Source: a virus
Virus record (IMG/VR): IMGVR_UViG_3300022602_000031
Coordinates: 64,001 to 128,000 of that record
Strand: one strand, 5' to 3'
DNA length: 64,000 bases
The notes beneath the pieces are model-generated. The model worked only from the letters and a program-made list of their open reading frames with translations. It did no database searches and was not told where the DNA came from. The first letter of the stretch is position 1; each line of letters begins with the position of its first letter. Made by a program: the position numbers and the translations under genes. Shown here one piece after another: positions 1-8,208 of this stretch.

Positions 1-91
1 TAAAACTGCTAAAACTGCCGTTGACAATTCACAAGCATCCGACGTAATGTCAAATGTTTATGAAATGAAACGTTTAGCAGGGCTTAATTAA
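1..91 (+). CDS. gp22: C-terminus of prohead core/scaffolding protein (partial)
   Basis: Frame 2 is open to TAA 89-91 (…SNVYEMKRLAGLN*) and lies directly upstream of the major capsid gene, the usual scaffold position. Confidence 0.7.
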   Translation, partial: KTAKTAVDNSQASDVMSNVYEMKRLAGLN

Positions 92-116
92 ACCCTAAAA
101 GGAAAGAGGAAATATC

Positions 117-1295
117 ATGACACAAGCATTATTAGAAAGCCGTTGGGGCGAGACCAAAGAAGCCCTGTTAGAAGGCCTACAAGGTTCTAAGCGCACCACA
201 ATGGGTGTGATTTTAGAAAACACTCGTAAAATGTTAGCTGAGAACGCAACAGCTGGCTCTACACAAGCAGGTAACGTAGCAACACTTAACCGTGTTATTC
301 TACCAGTTATCCGTCGTGTAATGCCAACAGTTATCGCTAACGAAATCGTTGGTGTACAACCAATGACAGGTCCAGTAGCACAAATTCATACACTACGTGT
401 ACGTTACGCTGATCCAGTAACTGATAGTTCTGGTTATGCAACTAGCGTTACAGCTGGTGATGAAGCTTTATCACCATTCAAGATCGCTGTAGCATATTCT
501 GGTAGCAACGCTACTGGTCAAGCTACTTCAACAGCGGCACTTGAAGGCGTAGCTGGTAACCGTATCAACGTTCAAATCTTGAAACAAGTTGTTGAAGCTA
601 AGACACGTAAATTGGCTGCTCGTTGGACATTTGAAGCCGCGCAAGATGCACAATCTATGCACGGTTTGGATGTTGAAGCAGAAATTATGGCTGCTTTAGC
701 ACAAGAAATCACAGTTGAGATCGACCAAGAAATTCTAGGTTCTCTACGTGCTCTTGCCGCAACTGATTACACATTTGACCAATCTGCCGTTTCTGGTACA
801 GCAACTTTCGTTGGTGACGAACACGCCGCATTGGCAGTTCTAATCAACCGTACAGCTAACTTGATCGCACAACGTACACGTCGTGGCGCAGGTAACTGGG
901 CAGTTGTTTCTCCAGCTTCATTGACAGTTCTACAATCTGCTACTACTAGCGCATTTGCTCGTACAACAGAAGGTACATTCGAAGCTCCTACAAACACTAA
1001 GTTTGTTGGTACATTGAATGGCGCAATGAAGATTTATGTTGACGGTTATGCTAACGACAGCCAAGCAGTTCTAGTTGGTTACAAAGGTTCTAGCGAGGCA
1101 GATGCTGCCGCGTTCTATTGCCCTTATATCCCATTGATGAGCTCTGGTGTTGTTCTAGACCCAAGCACATTCGAACCAGTAGTTTCGTTTATGACACGTT
1201 ATGGATATGTTGAGTTAACAAACACAGCATCATCTCTAGGTAACGCTGGCGACTACGTTGGTGAGATTGCTGTAGCAAACTTATCATTCCAATAA
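117..1295 (+). CDS. gp23: Major capsid protein, T4 gp23 family
   Basis: RRVMPTVIANEIVGVQPMTGP, RKLAARWTFEAAQD, EITVEIDQEI, FYCPYIPL and FMTRYG motifs; purine-rich RBS upstream. Confidence 0.97.
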   Translation: MTQALLESRWGETKEALLEGLQGSKRTTMGVILENTRKMLAENATAGSTQAGNVATLNRVILPVIRRVMPTVIANEIVGVQPMTGPVAQIHTLRVRYADPVTDSSGYATSVTAGDEALSPFKIAVAYSGSNATGQATSTAALEGVAGNRINVQILKQVVEAKTRKLAARWTFEAAQDAQSMHGLDVEAEIMAALAQEITVEIDQEILGSLRALAATDYTFDQSAVSGTATFVGDEHAALAVLINRTANLIAQRTRRGAGNWAVVSPASLTVLQSATTSAFARTTEGTFEAPTNTKFVGTLNGAMKIYVDGYANDSQAVLVGYKGSSEADAAAFYCPYIPLMSSGVVLDPSTFEPVVSFMTRYGYVELTNTASSLGNAGDYVGEIAVANLSFQ

Positions 1296-1329
1296 TATTG
1301 GATTGTCTAACCCAGGGATGGGAAGGAAT

Positions 1330-1355
1330 AAAAAAGGCTCTTCGGAGCCTTTTTT
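1330..1355 (+). terminator. Intrinsic terminator after gp23
   Basis: AAAAAAGGCTC-TTCG-GAGCCTTTTTT: C(UUCG)G tetraloop with A/T tracts on both sides. Confidence 0.92.
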
Positions 1356-1375
1356 GTTGGCGGTGAGATACATAA

Positions 1376-1383
1376 GATAAATA
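1376..1383 (+). promoter_or_regulatory. T4-like late promoter core (GATAAATA)
   Basis: Matches the NNTAAATA motif found before most structural genes; similar to T4 TATAAATA. Confidence 0.7.
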
Positions 1384-1414
1384 TTTTTGTAGCAACAGCT
1401 ACAGCTCGTGTTTA

Positions 1415-1430
1415 ACACACATACACACAT
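1415..1430 (+). repeat. Tandem 8-mer (ACACACAT)x2 next to the Shine-Dalgarno
   Basis: acacacat acacacat directly before taaaggag and ATG 1445. Confidence 0.8.
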
Positions 1431-1444
1431 TAAAGGAGAAAAAT

Positions 1445-1672
1445 ATGAGCAAAACACCTTACGAGATTCGTCTCGAACTACTCAAAATGGCTAACGAAAT
1501 CCTTGTGACGCCAGTCTTCCAACAACGTCAAGCATTGACTGATGAGTATCACTCTAAGTTAACTGACGCTAATCGAGGAACGCATCCGTTTCCAACCTTA
1601 CCAGATTTTCCGTCTAGCACAGACATTGTGAGCAAGGCCGAAGAACTCAAGAAGTTTGTAGATCAAGCGTAA
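1445..1672 (+). CDS. Small hypothetical protein (75 aa), monocistronic
   Basis: Strong SD AAAGGAG, own promoter core and own terminator. Confidence 0.85.
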   Translation: MSKTPYEIRLELLKMANEILVTPVFQQRQALTDEYHSKLTDANRGTHPFPTLPDFPSSTDIVSKAEELKKFVDQA

Positions 1673-1676
1673 AACT

Positions 1677-1699
1677 AAAGCCCCGCAAGGGGCTTTTTT
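1677..1699 (+). terminator. Intrinsic terminator
   Basis: AAAGCCCC-GCAA-GGGGCTTTTTT, GNRA loop. Confidence 0.9.
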
Positions 1700-1731
1700 G
1701 TTGACCGTATGTTTTGTACAGTAAATACTAG

Positions 1732-2418
1732 ATGAATAAAATGTTAGTGGGGTTTGGCGATAGCTGGACCTTTGGATCAGAACTCGATCGCCCAGCCAGT
1801 CAATGCTGGCTATACCAACTTTCAAATTTAGTAGGGTGTCCTAGTATCAATAAAGGAACACCGGCAAGCAGTATTGGTCATTTAAGTATACAACTCTTTG
1901 ATTTTATTAAGAATAATACCTACAATGATTACCATAAAATTTTTATGGTGGGGTTAACCGGATCTACACGTTACCTTAGTTATAGTAATCAACTTGAAGA
2001 ATTTGTAAACATCACACCAGAAGCAAACTACCGCACAGGTGACCTACACCACAGTGGTAAGCCACCAGACACAGTACAAGATTTTAATATTATTAGCAGT
2101 GAAACATATCGACGTGTACAGCACACACAATGGGACACATTCTTAGCGGCACAGACTATTTTTCAATTTCAACAATATTGTACGAATCAAAATATTACTT
2201 GCTATTTTTTTAGCTATTTTGATCAATTTGATTTTTCTAGTTATACTGATGTTATTGATACTACAGTCATACATCCAACAACAATCACACGGTCGATAAC
2301 AGGAATGGACTATACCAACAAGGACGTAATGAAGCATCCTTGTTTTGAAGGAAAGATATCACATCCTAATATATACGGCCACGAACAAATAGCAAAATTA
2401 TTATATACAAAAATATGA
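1732..2418 (+). CDS. SGNH/GDSL-fold hydrolase or acyltransferase-like protein
   Basis: GFGDSWTFG block I and C-terminal HPNIYGH. Confidence 0.8.
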   Translation: MNKMLVGFGDSWTFGSELDRPASQCWLYQLSNLVGCPSINKGTPASSIGHLSIQLFDFIKNNTYNDYHKIFMVGLTGSTRYLSYSNQLEEFVNITPEANYRTGDLHHSGKPPDTVQDFNIISSETYRRVQHTQWDTFLAAQTIFQFQQYCTNQNITCYFFSYFDQFDFSSYTDVIDTTVIHPTTITRSITGMDYTNKDVMKHPCFEGKISHPNIYGHEQIAKLLYTKI

Positions 2419-3386
2419 TTACAGTTTATCAAGGAATAGAAGGTGATGATATAGCCTGGCACCTAAAATTACTAGGTGCGGATATTACTCAATTACCCAA
2501 AGACATATTGTTTATCCCATTAAACAATCATTATGGATTACACACAGAATCATTTGTTGAAGATACTATAGAACAATCAAAAAATTATCGCGCTGTGATA
2601 TTTTATGATATAGTCAATTCAGGAGATTGGGAACATCCAAGATTTTGTGCATTTACTAAAAACTTTCCGCACCCCAATAAACATTGGCTAACAGTTAATC
2701 AACAACAATTCCAGGTACAAAATATAAACATCATACCTTGGGACTTTATGTGGAACAGATATCGTGCCTACTATACAGACACGCCGCCTCCGGGTAACAT
2801 ACATCACTATGCCGGCTCTACAGCATATCAATTACCAGATCTAACAACAGCAGATAAAAAGAAAAAGTTTATGAGTTTGTGTGGTAGAGAATATGGATAT
2901 CGTACACATTTATTTGACTTAGTTAAAGACTTAGATGGATACATCAGTAACCGTACCAAAGGAATATTTTTAGAACAACAAGATATAGTTGGTGCTTTTG
3001 TTCCTGCGCCTAACAAGTTTTACTTAAATAGTTGTTTAAGTGTATACGTTGAAAGTAATTGTGTTCGACCAGAATTAATACACATCACTGAAAAAACCTA
3101 TGAACCATTGGTTAAAGGACATTTTATATTGCCGTTTAGTAATCCTGGAACTATATCACGTATACAAACACTAGGGTTTGAGCTGCCGGACTTTATAGAC
3201 TATAGCTACGATCAAGAACCAGATGTGGCATTAAGATTTGAAAAATTTAAAACTGAATTATTCAGATTATTAGATTTAGATTTATACCAATTACACAGCA
3301 AACACCACACAATGTTTTTACATAACCAACAATGTCTAAAAACTATACCATACGATAATAGATTGTTAAAAATTCTCAATGTTTAA
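2415..3386 (+). CDS. Putative GT-B glycosyltransferase (GT10/fucosyltransferase-like E…TEK motif)
   Basis: KFMSLCGR…R, VYVESN…ITEKTYEPL…HFILPF…GF…DYSYD; paralogue of 55583 and 57332. Confidence 0.55.
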   Translation: MITVYQGIEGDDIAWHLKLLGADITQLPKDILFIPLNNHYGLHTESFVEDTIEQSKNYRAVIFYDIVNSGDWEHPRFCAFTKNFPHPNKHWLTVNQQQFQVQNINIIPWDFMWNRYRAYYTDTPPPGNIHHYAGSTAYQLPDLTTADKKKKFMSLCGREYGYRTHLFDLVKDLDGYISNRTKGIFLEQQDIVGAFVPAPNKFYLNSCLSVYVESNCVRPELIHITEKTYEPLVKGHFILPFSNPGTISRIQTLGFELPDFIDYSYDQEPDVALRFEKFKTELFRLLDLDLYQLHSKHHTMFLHNQQCLKTIPYDNRLLKILNV

Positions 3387-4251
3387 ATTTTACCCGGAAC
3401 TTACTTTTGAAGCTAGCCTAGATCACAAACACACAGATTGGTCACCTGACCGTATGGAAACATATCGTCAATGGTACTCAGAAGATATCAAAGGAAAAAG
3501 CACACTACTAATGACCGTAGGTGATAGCTGGACCTGGGGAGACCACTTAGGCAACATAGACTGGGACAAGGCCAGCGATGATCCTGTTCGGCTGAAACAA
3601 ATATTTGGTAGACTATTAGCTGACCGGTTAGATGCTGATTGGGTTAATCTAGCTCGTCCTGGATGTAGCAACTATTGGATGCTGGAACAATTATTAGACA
3701 TACAAAAGCATTTGGCCAACAACAACTATCAACGAGTTGTTGTAGTAGTTACACTTACAGAAGATCTACGTGAAGCAACATACACACGCCGATTAAATGT
3801 TGACCGTCCCTACAGAGAATTTTGGGACACTAGTGAAACTATCAAAGATTTTTTAATTAAAGTAGAACAATTTTTATTCAATAACCTAGAGCATTATTTT
3901 AAACAGTTGCCCCAGGTAGAGGCCTATGTATCAAGAGCGTTTACTGACAGCTGGACAACTAGGCCGCTACTGCTAGATAAAACCTGGTGCGATATAATAC
4001 AGGAACAGTACCAATACTCAGACTATCAACGTCCAGTTCCTTTTATAGGACAGATGTCAATTGATCCATTAAACGAAAAATACATTACAACAGATCAACA
4101 AAAAATAGAGTTCCTAGACATAATGGAACGTGTAGGAACACGTTGGAAGTTTCTTGGATCAAGTCCTTACAATTTAAAAGGCAGTACTTGTCATCCTAAT
4201 CCTGAGGGTCATAGACTATGGTCTGACTATCTTTATAGTCAAATAGCATAA
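3379..4251 (+). CDS. SGNH/GDSL-fold hydrolase or acyltransferase-like protein
   Basis: VGDSWTWG, NLARPGCSN, HPNPEGH. Confidence 0.8.
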   Translation: MFKFYPELTFEASLDHKHTDWSPDRMETYRQWYSEDIKGKSTLLMTVGDSWTWGDHLGNIDWDKASDDPVRLKQIFGRLLADRLDADWVNLARPGCSNYWMLEQLLDIQKHLANNNYQRVVVVVTLTEDLREATYTRRLNVDRPYREFWDTSETIKDFLIKVEQFLFNNLEHYFKQLPQVEAYVSRAFTDSWTTRPLLLDKTWCDIIQEQYQYSDYQRPVPFIGQMSIDPLNEKYITTDQQKIEFLDIMERVGTRWKFLGSSPYNLKGSTCHPNPEGHRLWSDYLYSQIA

Positions 4252-4254
4252 ATA
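4249..4254 (+). promoter_or_regulatory. Late promoter core TAAATA
   Basis: GCATAAATAG overlapping the upstream stop codon; followed by a structured leader and SD AAAGGAG. Confidence 0.65.
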
Positions 4255-4325
4255 GTTATGTTCATTAGAACTCTCGGAGTAGCCACTTCGGGTAGCCTAG
4301 AACGCTATTTAAAGGAGAAAATAAA

Positions 4326-4766
4326 ATGGCAAAATTAAAAATCGCGGCAAAAGAATCAAACGGTACACTACACGATCAATATACTGGTCCATCTAAATTA
4401 GGTGGTACAGGTGGTGCTAGCCAGGCTATCACATCAACTGGCGTAAAAACTATCGCTATCGCTTACAATACTACAGCAAATGCTCAAATTGCTAACGGTT
4501 ACATTGTAGCACAAAAAGGTGCTCATAAGTTCCGTGTAGTTGATCAATCTGTAGCCAACGCTACTACAGTTACATTGGTTAATGCTACAGGTAATTTAAG
4601 AACAGCTAGCCAAGGTACTATTACTGGTTACAACACTAGTAACGTAGCATTTAACGCAAGCCGTATTACTAACAAATTTGTTTACGATTTTGCTGGTAAC
4701 AAAATGCGTTATGTATTAAGCCCAACAGTAGCCGGCAACGGTTTTGCTAACGTGGCTTCGTACTAA
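4326..4766 (+). CDS. Putative abundant virion structural protein (146 aa)
   Basis: Strong SD, capsid-like codon usage, own terminator, first gene of the fibre region. Confidence 0.6.
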   Translation: MAKLKIAAKESNGTLHDQYTGPSKLGGTGGASQAITSTGVKTIAIAYNTTANAQIANGYIVAQKGAHKFRVVDQSVANATTVTLVNATGNLRTASQGTITGYNTSNVAFNASRITNKFVYDFAGNKMRYVLSPTVAGNGFANVASY

Positions 4767-4786
4767 TCTAAATTAATTTAGATAAT

Positions 4787-4809
4787 AAAACCCGCTCCGG
4801 CGGGTTTTT
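4787..4809 (+). terminator. Intrinsic terminator
   Basis: AAAACCCGC-TCCG-GCGGGTTTTT. Confidence 0.88.
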
Positions 4810-4839
4810 GTTTGATTTAAGCATAAGATCTATAGAGCA

Positions 4840-4845
4840 TAAATA
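4840..4845 (+). promoter_or_regulatory. Late promoter core TAAATA
   Basis: GCATAAATAT upstream of ATG 4867, with SD AGGA. Confidence 0.65.
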
Positions 4846-4866
4846 TAGTATAAACAGGATACTTAA

Positions 4867-5439
4867 ATGAGCGTCACCAAAAGAATCAAAGGTAATTATA
4901 CCATAATTAACAGAGATCCTACTCTAGGGACCTCGTCTAACGTAACAATATCCACTAACACATTGTATATCGATGGTAATTTAATTGTTGGCGGAAATGC
5001 CCAACAGGTTACACGTACCGATACAGCAATCACAGACAATATCATTTATTTAAATTCAGGTGATGCCGGCCCGGGTGTAACTTTAAACACAGCTGGTCTT
5101 GAAATTAACCGAGGTAGTCTAGCAAACGTTGGCTTACTTTGGAATGAATCAGTTAAGGCCTGGCAAGTCAGTGATCAAACTGGTGGTAATTTTTCTAACG
5201 TAGCTACCAGTGTTGGTGGCGGGACAGCAATTACAGCTTTGTTTCAGGACTCAGCACCTAAACTAAGTGCTAACATAAATTTAAACAGCCACACAATATA
5301 CGACAGCACAACAGGTAATGTTTCAGCAAACATCAGCAACGTTGGCGCAGGCGGTACTGGTGTATACAGCAATACATATCTTGGCAATCACGAATTGATA
5401 TCAAAGCGTATGGCTTTGATTTATAATAATCTTCTTTAG
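4867..5439 (+). CDS. Tail/baseplate-associated structural protein
   Basis: YIDGNLIVGG…ITDNIIYLN…AGLEINRG fibre-type module. Confidence 0.6.
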   Translation: MSVTKRIKGNYTIINRDPTLGTSSNVTISTNTLYIDGNLIVGGNAQQVTRTDTAITDNIIYLNSGDAGPGVTLNTAGLEINRGSLANVGLLWNESVKAWQVSDQTGGNFSNVATSVGGGTAITALFQDSAPKLSANINLNSHTIYDSTTGNVSANISNVGAGGTGVYSNTYLGNHELISKRMALIYNNLL

Positions 5440-5448
5440 GAATAAAAA

Positions 5449-5763
5449 ATGAGTATACAGAACACAGTTTTATCAACCACAGTGGCTAACATTTTAGTTG
5501 GCAGCGGTTCTCTTGGAACAGCAACTACTACCGTTTACTTGTGCAATCGTAGCGCATCAAACGTTCTTGTTAATCTGTATGCTGTAAGTTCCGGATCTAT
5601 TGCCAGTAGCAACAACATCATTTATAGCAACGTTATATTAACTACAAATGAAACTTATATTATGGACGTGGAGAAAATCTTCTTAGGCACCGGTGATATG
5701 TTACAGGCTAATGCTGGAACAAACAATGCCGTTGTAGCAACAGTAAGCAGTATAGGTATCTAA
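5449..5763 (+). CDS. Small beta-rich structural protein (paralogue of 25743)
   Basis: V.LCN…V…I…KIFLGTGDMLQ pattern shared with 25743..26075. Confidence 0.6.
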   Translation: MSIQNTVLSTTVANILVGSGSLGTATTTVYLCNRSASNVLVNLYAVSSGSIASSNNIIYSNVILTTNETYIMDVEKIFLGTGDMLQANAGTNNAVVATVSSIGI

Positions 5764-5765
5764 TC

Positions 5766-6194
5766 ATGGGACGCTTTCTTAAAAACGCCCAACTGAATAG
5801 TCGGAGTAAAGCAATTCAGATCCCTCTAGGATCTAGTGCCATTGGTCCTGATCAGGCTGTTAATGGTCAGATGCGATTTAACCAAGACAACAGTAAAATT
5901 GAATTCTATTATAACAGCACCTGGAATCAGGTAGCTAAGATTGGATCTACACAACTAGTAGCAGACTCGTTTAACGGCACTGGCTCACAGACAGATTTTA
6001 CAATGTCACAGGCCGAAACAGATCCAACTGCTATATTAGTAACCATTGGTGGTGTTTATCAAATCCCTACAACACATTATACAGTCAGCGGAACTACTAT
6101 TCATTTTACAAGTGCTCCACCAGCTCCTGGTGTGAATCCTAACCAAATCATAGTTATTCACAATATCACTAGTACCAAAACAATCGGAGACTAA
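5766..6194 (+). CDS. Baseplate/fibre-associated structural protein
   Basis: GQMRFN…IEFYYNSTW plus F.GTGSQT.F…V.IGGVYQ.P…Y.VSGTT module shared with 8209 and 14257. Confidence 0.6.
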   Translation: MGRFLKNAQLNSRSKAIQIPLGSSAIGPDQAVNGQMRFNQDNSKIEFYYNSTWNQVAKIGSTQLVADSFNGTGSQTDFTMSQAETDPTAILVTIGGVYQIPTTHYTVSGTTIHFTSAPPAPGVNPNQIIVIHNITSTKTIGD

Positions 6195-6197
6195 TCA

Positions 6198-8207
6198 GTG
6201 GCAATTGGTAAAATAACGGGGACAATGTTATACAACAACCTGGAACGCCAGGGTGTACCCTTATCCATTGACGCAAACTTAGTTTACTTTGATGTAGCTA
6301 ATCGTTTCGTTGGTATTAACACAGCCAGTCCGGCCTATGCGTTAGATTCAACTGGTAATGCTCGTATTGCCAATCTATACATATTAGGCAACACAATCAG
6401 TAGTAACACAGGCGTTATTAGTCTTGGTTCTACTAGTAATATTTCTATCACTGGTGGCGCTCCTTATAATCTGTTAACAACAGACGGTAATGGTAATATG
6501 TCTTGGAACAGCGTTACCAGCATCATTACTAACAGTGGTGCGTTTGGTAATACCATTAACCTTGGTGCCAACACAGCAGGTTACTTGGTTAGTAACGCAG
6601 TATCACTAACAACTTCTACGTCAGTGACAAACGCTATTACACAATTAAACTATGTACTAGGCAAACTAGTACCTCCAAGCCCACCACCATTTCCTAATAG
6701 TACTACAATTTCTGTTGGAACTACTAACACTGGATTGATGTGTAACTTTACACAAACAGATAATTCAGGTTGGGGCAATCTTAGTGTCAGCGCAGGCACC
6801 GGCGTTAGTACTTTACGTGCCGCAACAATGAGTACCAGCGGTACTCCTATATTAAACGTTGGTCCTGGTAGCTCTGGTACTATTACTGCCTATATTAATA
6901 ACGTGCCAAACGGTAACGTAACATTAACAGGATCAAATTCAAATACAACCAATGGTAACCTTTATGTCTATAACGTACAAGATTACCACAACGTAGTAAG
7001 TAGTGTGACAGCTGGCTTCTGGACTAGCTTTAGTGCTTATGCTACAGCCACCGGTGGTATGTTGCCAGGGTGGAATCGTGTACGTCTTTATGATTCAAGT
7101 ACAGGCGCCGCGACCAATGACGCAACCTGGTACTATGATTCAAGCACACCGGGTAACCCAACTTACAGCAATACCAGTATTTCATTGACATCAAACGTGG
7201 TAACGTATTCAAGTACAATACCAATGTTTACTAGCTCAGCACAATTTACCTTAAAAGGCAACGTAAGTAACCTAAGTGGTGATACATACCCAAACACATC
7301 AACTCCGTTGGCTGGTATAGCCGGCGGAGCATTCCAAGCGCCGGTAAGTTTAAACTATGCTGGATTTGGAGTTACTTCCCCGCTAGCCAGAAATCTTTAT
7401 GTCAGTTCTGGTAGTGCGTATTTTCAAACAACTACTAATATTGTAGCTTCGGGTTTTAGTTCTAGTGCAACTGGGCCACAGGTACAGGTTACCAATGGCT
7501 ATAATACTGCTAACCAAACTTTTAGTCCGGGCGTAACTATTTTATATAAAAATGGTACAGGTAATACCATCGAAGAAACTATTATTACAGTACCGGGTAG
7601 TTTAGGTAGTGGATACAGTAGCAACGGATATCGTATTGTTAATCCTGACGCCGGTACAGCCGCAGATAATCCTACCTACACTGGTAGTGAATCAGCATTC
7701 AACAGTCAAACAGGTGCGTTTTATACAACTGATGCAACAGCAGTAGCAAATAAAATACAATTTGATCAAACAAACTATTCTACTGGTTACTTACCAGTTG
7801 GTCCTAATCTGTCAACACAGGGATCGGCACAATATTTTACATTCAGATTCCAGCGTAGTGCGTTAAGTAAGTTTAACGTTTCCTACACTGGTATACTAGC
7901 CGGACTATGGATCGCACTACCTGGAGTAACTGACGTTAGCTATGCTAGCCCAACAAAAGGGTGGACTAGTTTAGCCAGTGCTTACCTAGGATCAGGAGTT
8001 CCAGGAACAGGTTCAGGCGGTAACGGTAGTACAGGAGCCGCAGTTGGCGGTAATGCCACATTAAATTCATCAGGTACATATAGTATTACTGGTACATTTG
8101 GAACAGCAAGTTCAACAAGTAGTACCAATAACTATATCTACGTTAGAGTTAAATTAACATCAGGACAATCATTGACGGCGCTGAGTATAGCGGCCGCAAC
8201 TAACTAA
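6198..8207 (+). CDS. Tail fibre/baseplate structural protein (669 aa, GTG start)
   Basis: Ser/Thr/Gly/Asn-rich; VGINTASPAYALDSTG fibre motif. Confidence 0.65.
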   Translation: MAIGKITGTMLYNNLERQGVPLSIDANLVYFDVANRFVGINTASPAYALDSTGNARIANLYILGNTISSNTGVISLGSTSNISITGGAPYNLLTTDGNGNMSWNSVTSIITNSGAFGNTINLGANTAGYLVSNAVSLTTSTSVTNAITQLNYVLGKLVPPSPPPFPNSTTISVGTTNTGLMCNFTQTDNSGWGNLSVSAGTGVSTLRAATMSTSGTPILNVGPGSSGTITAYINNVPNGNVTLTGSNSNTTNGNLYVYNVQDYHNVVSSVTAGFWTSFSAYATATGGMLPGWNRVRLYDSSTGAATNDATWYYDSSTPGNPTYSNTSISLTSNVVTYSSTIPMFTSSAQFTLKGNVSNLSGDTYPNTSTPLAGIAGGAFQAPVSLNYAGFGVTSPLARNLYVSSGSAYFQTTTNIVASGFSSSATGPQVQVTNGYNTANQTFSPGVTILYKNGTGNTIEETIITVPGSLGSGYSSNGYRIVNPDAGTAADNPTYTGSESAFNSQTGAFYTTDATAVANKIQFDQTNYSTGYLPVGPNLSTQGSAQYFTFRFQRSALSKFNVSYTGILAGLWIALPGVTDVSYASPTKGWTSLASAYLGSGVPGTGSGGNGSTGAAVGGNATLNSSGTYSITGTFGTASSTSSTNNYIYVRVKLTSGQSLTALSIAAATN

Positions 8208-8208
8208 T

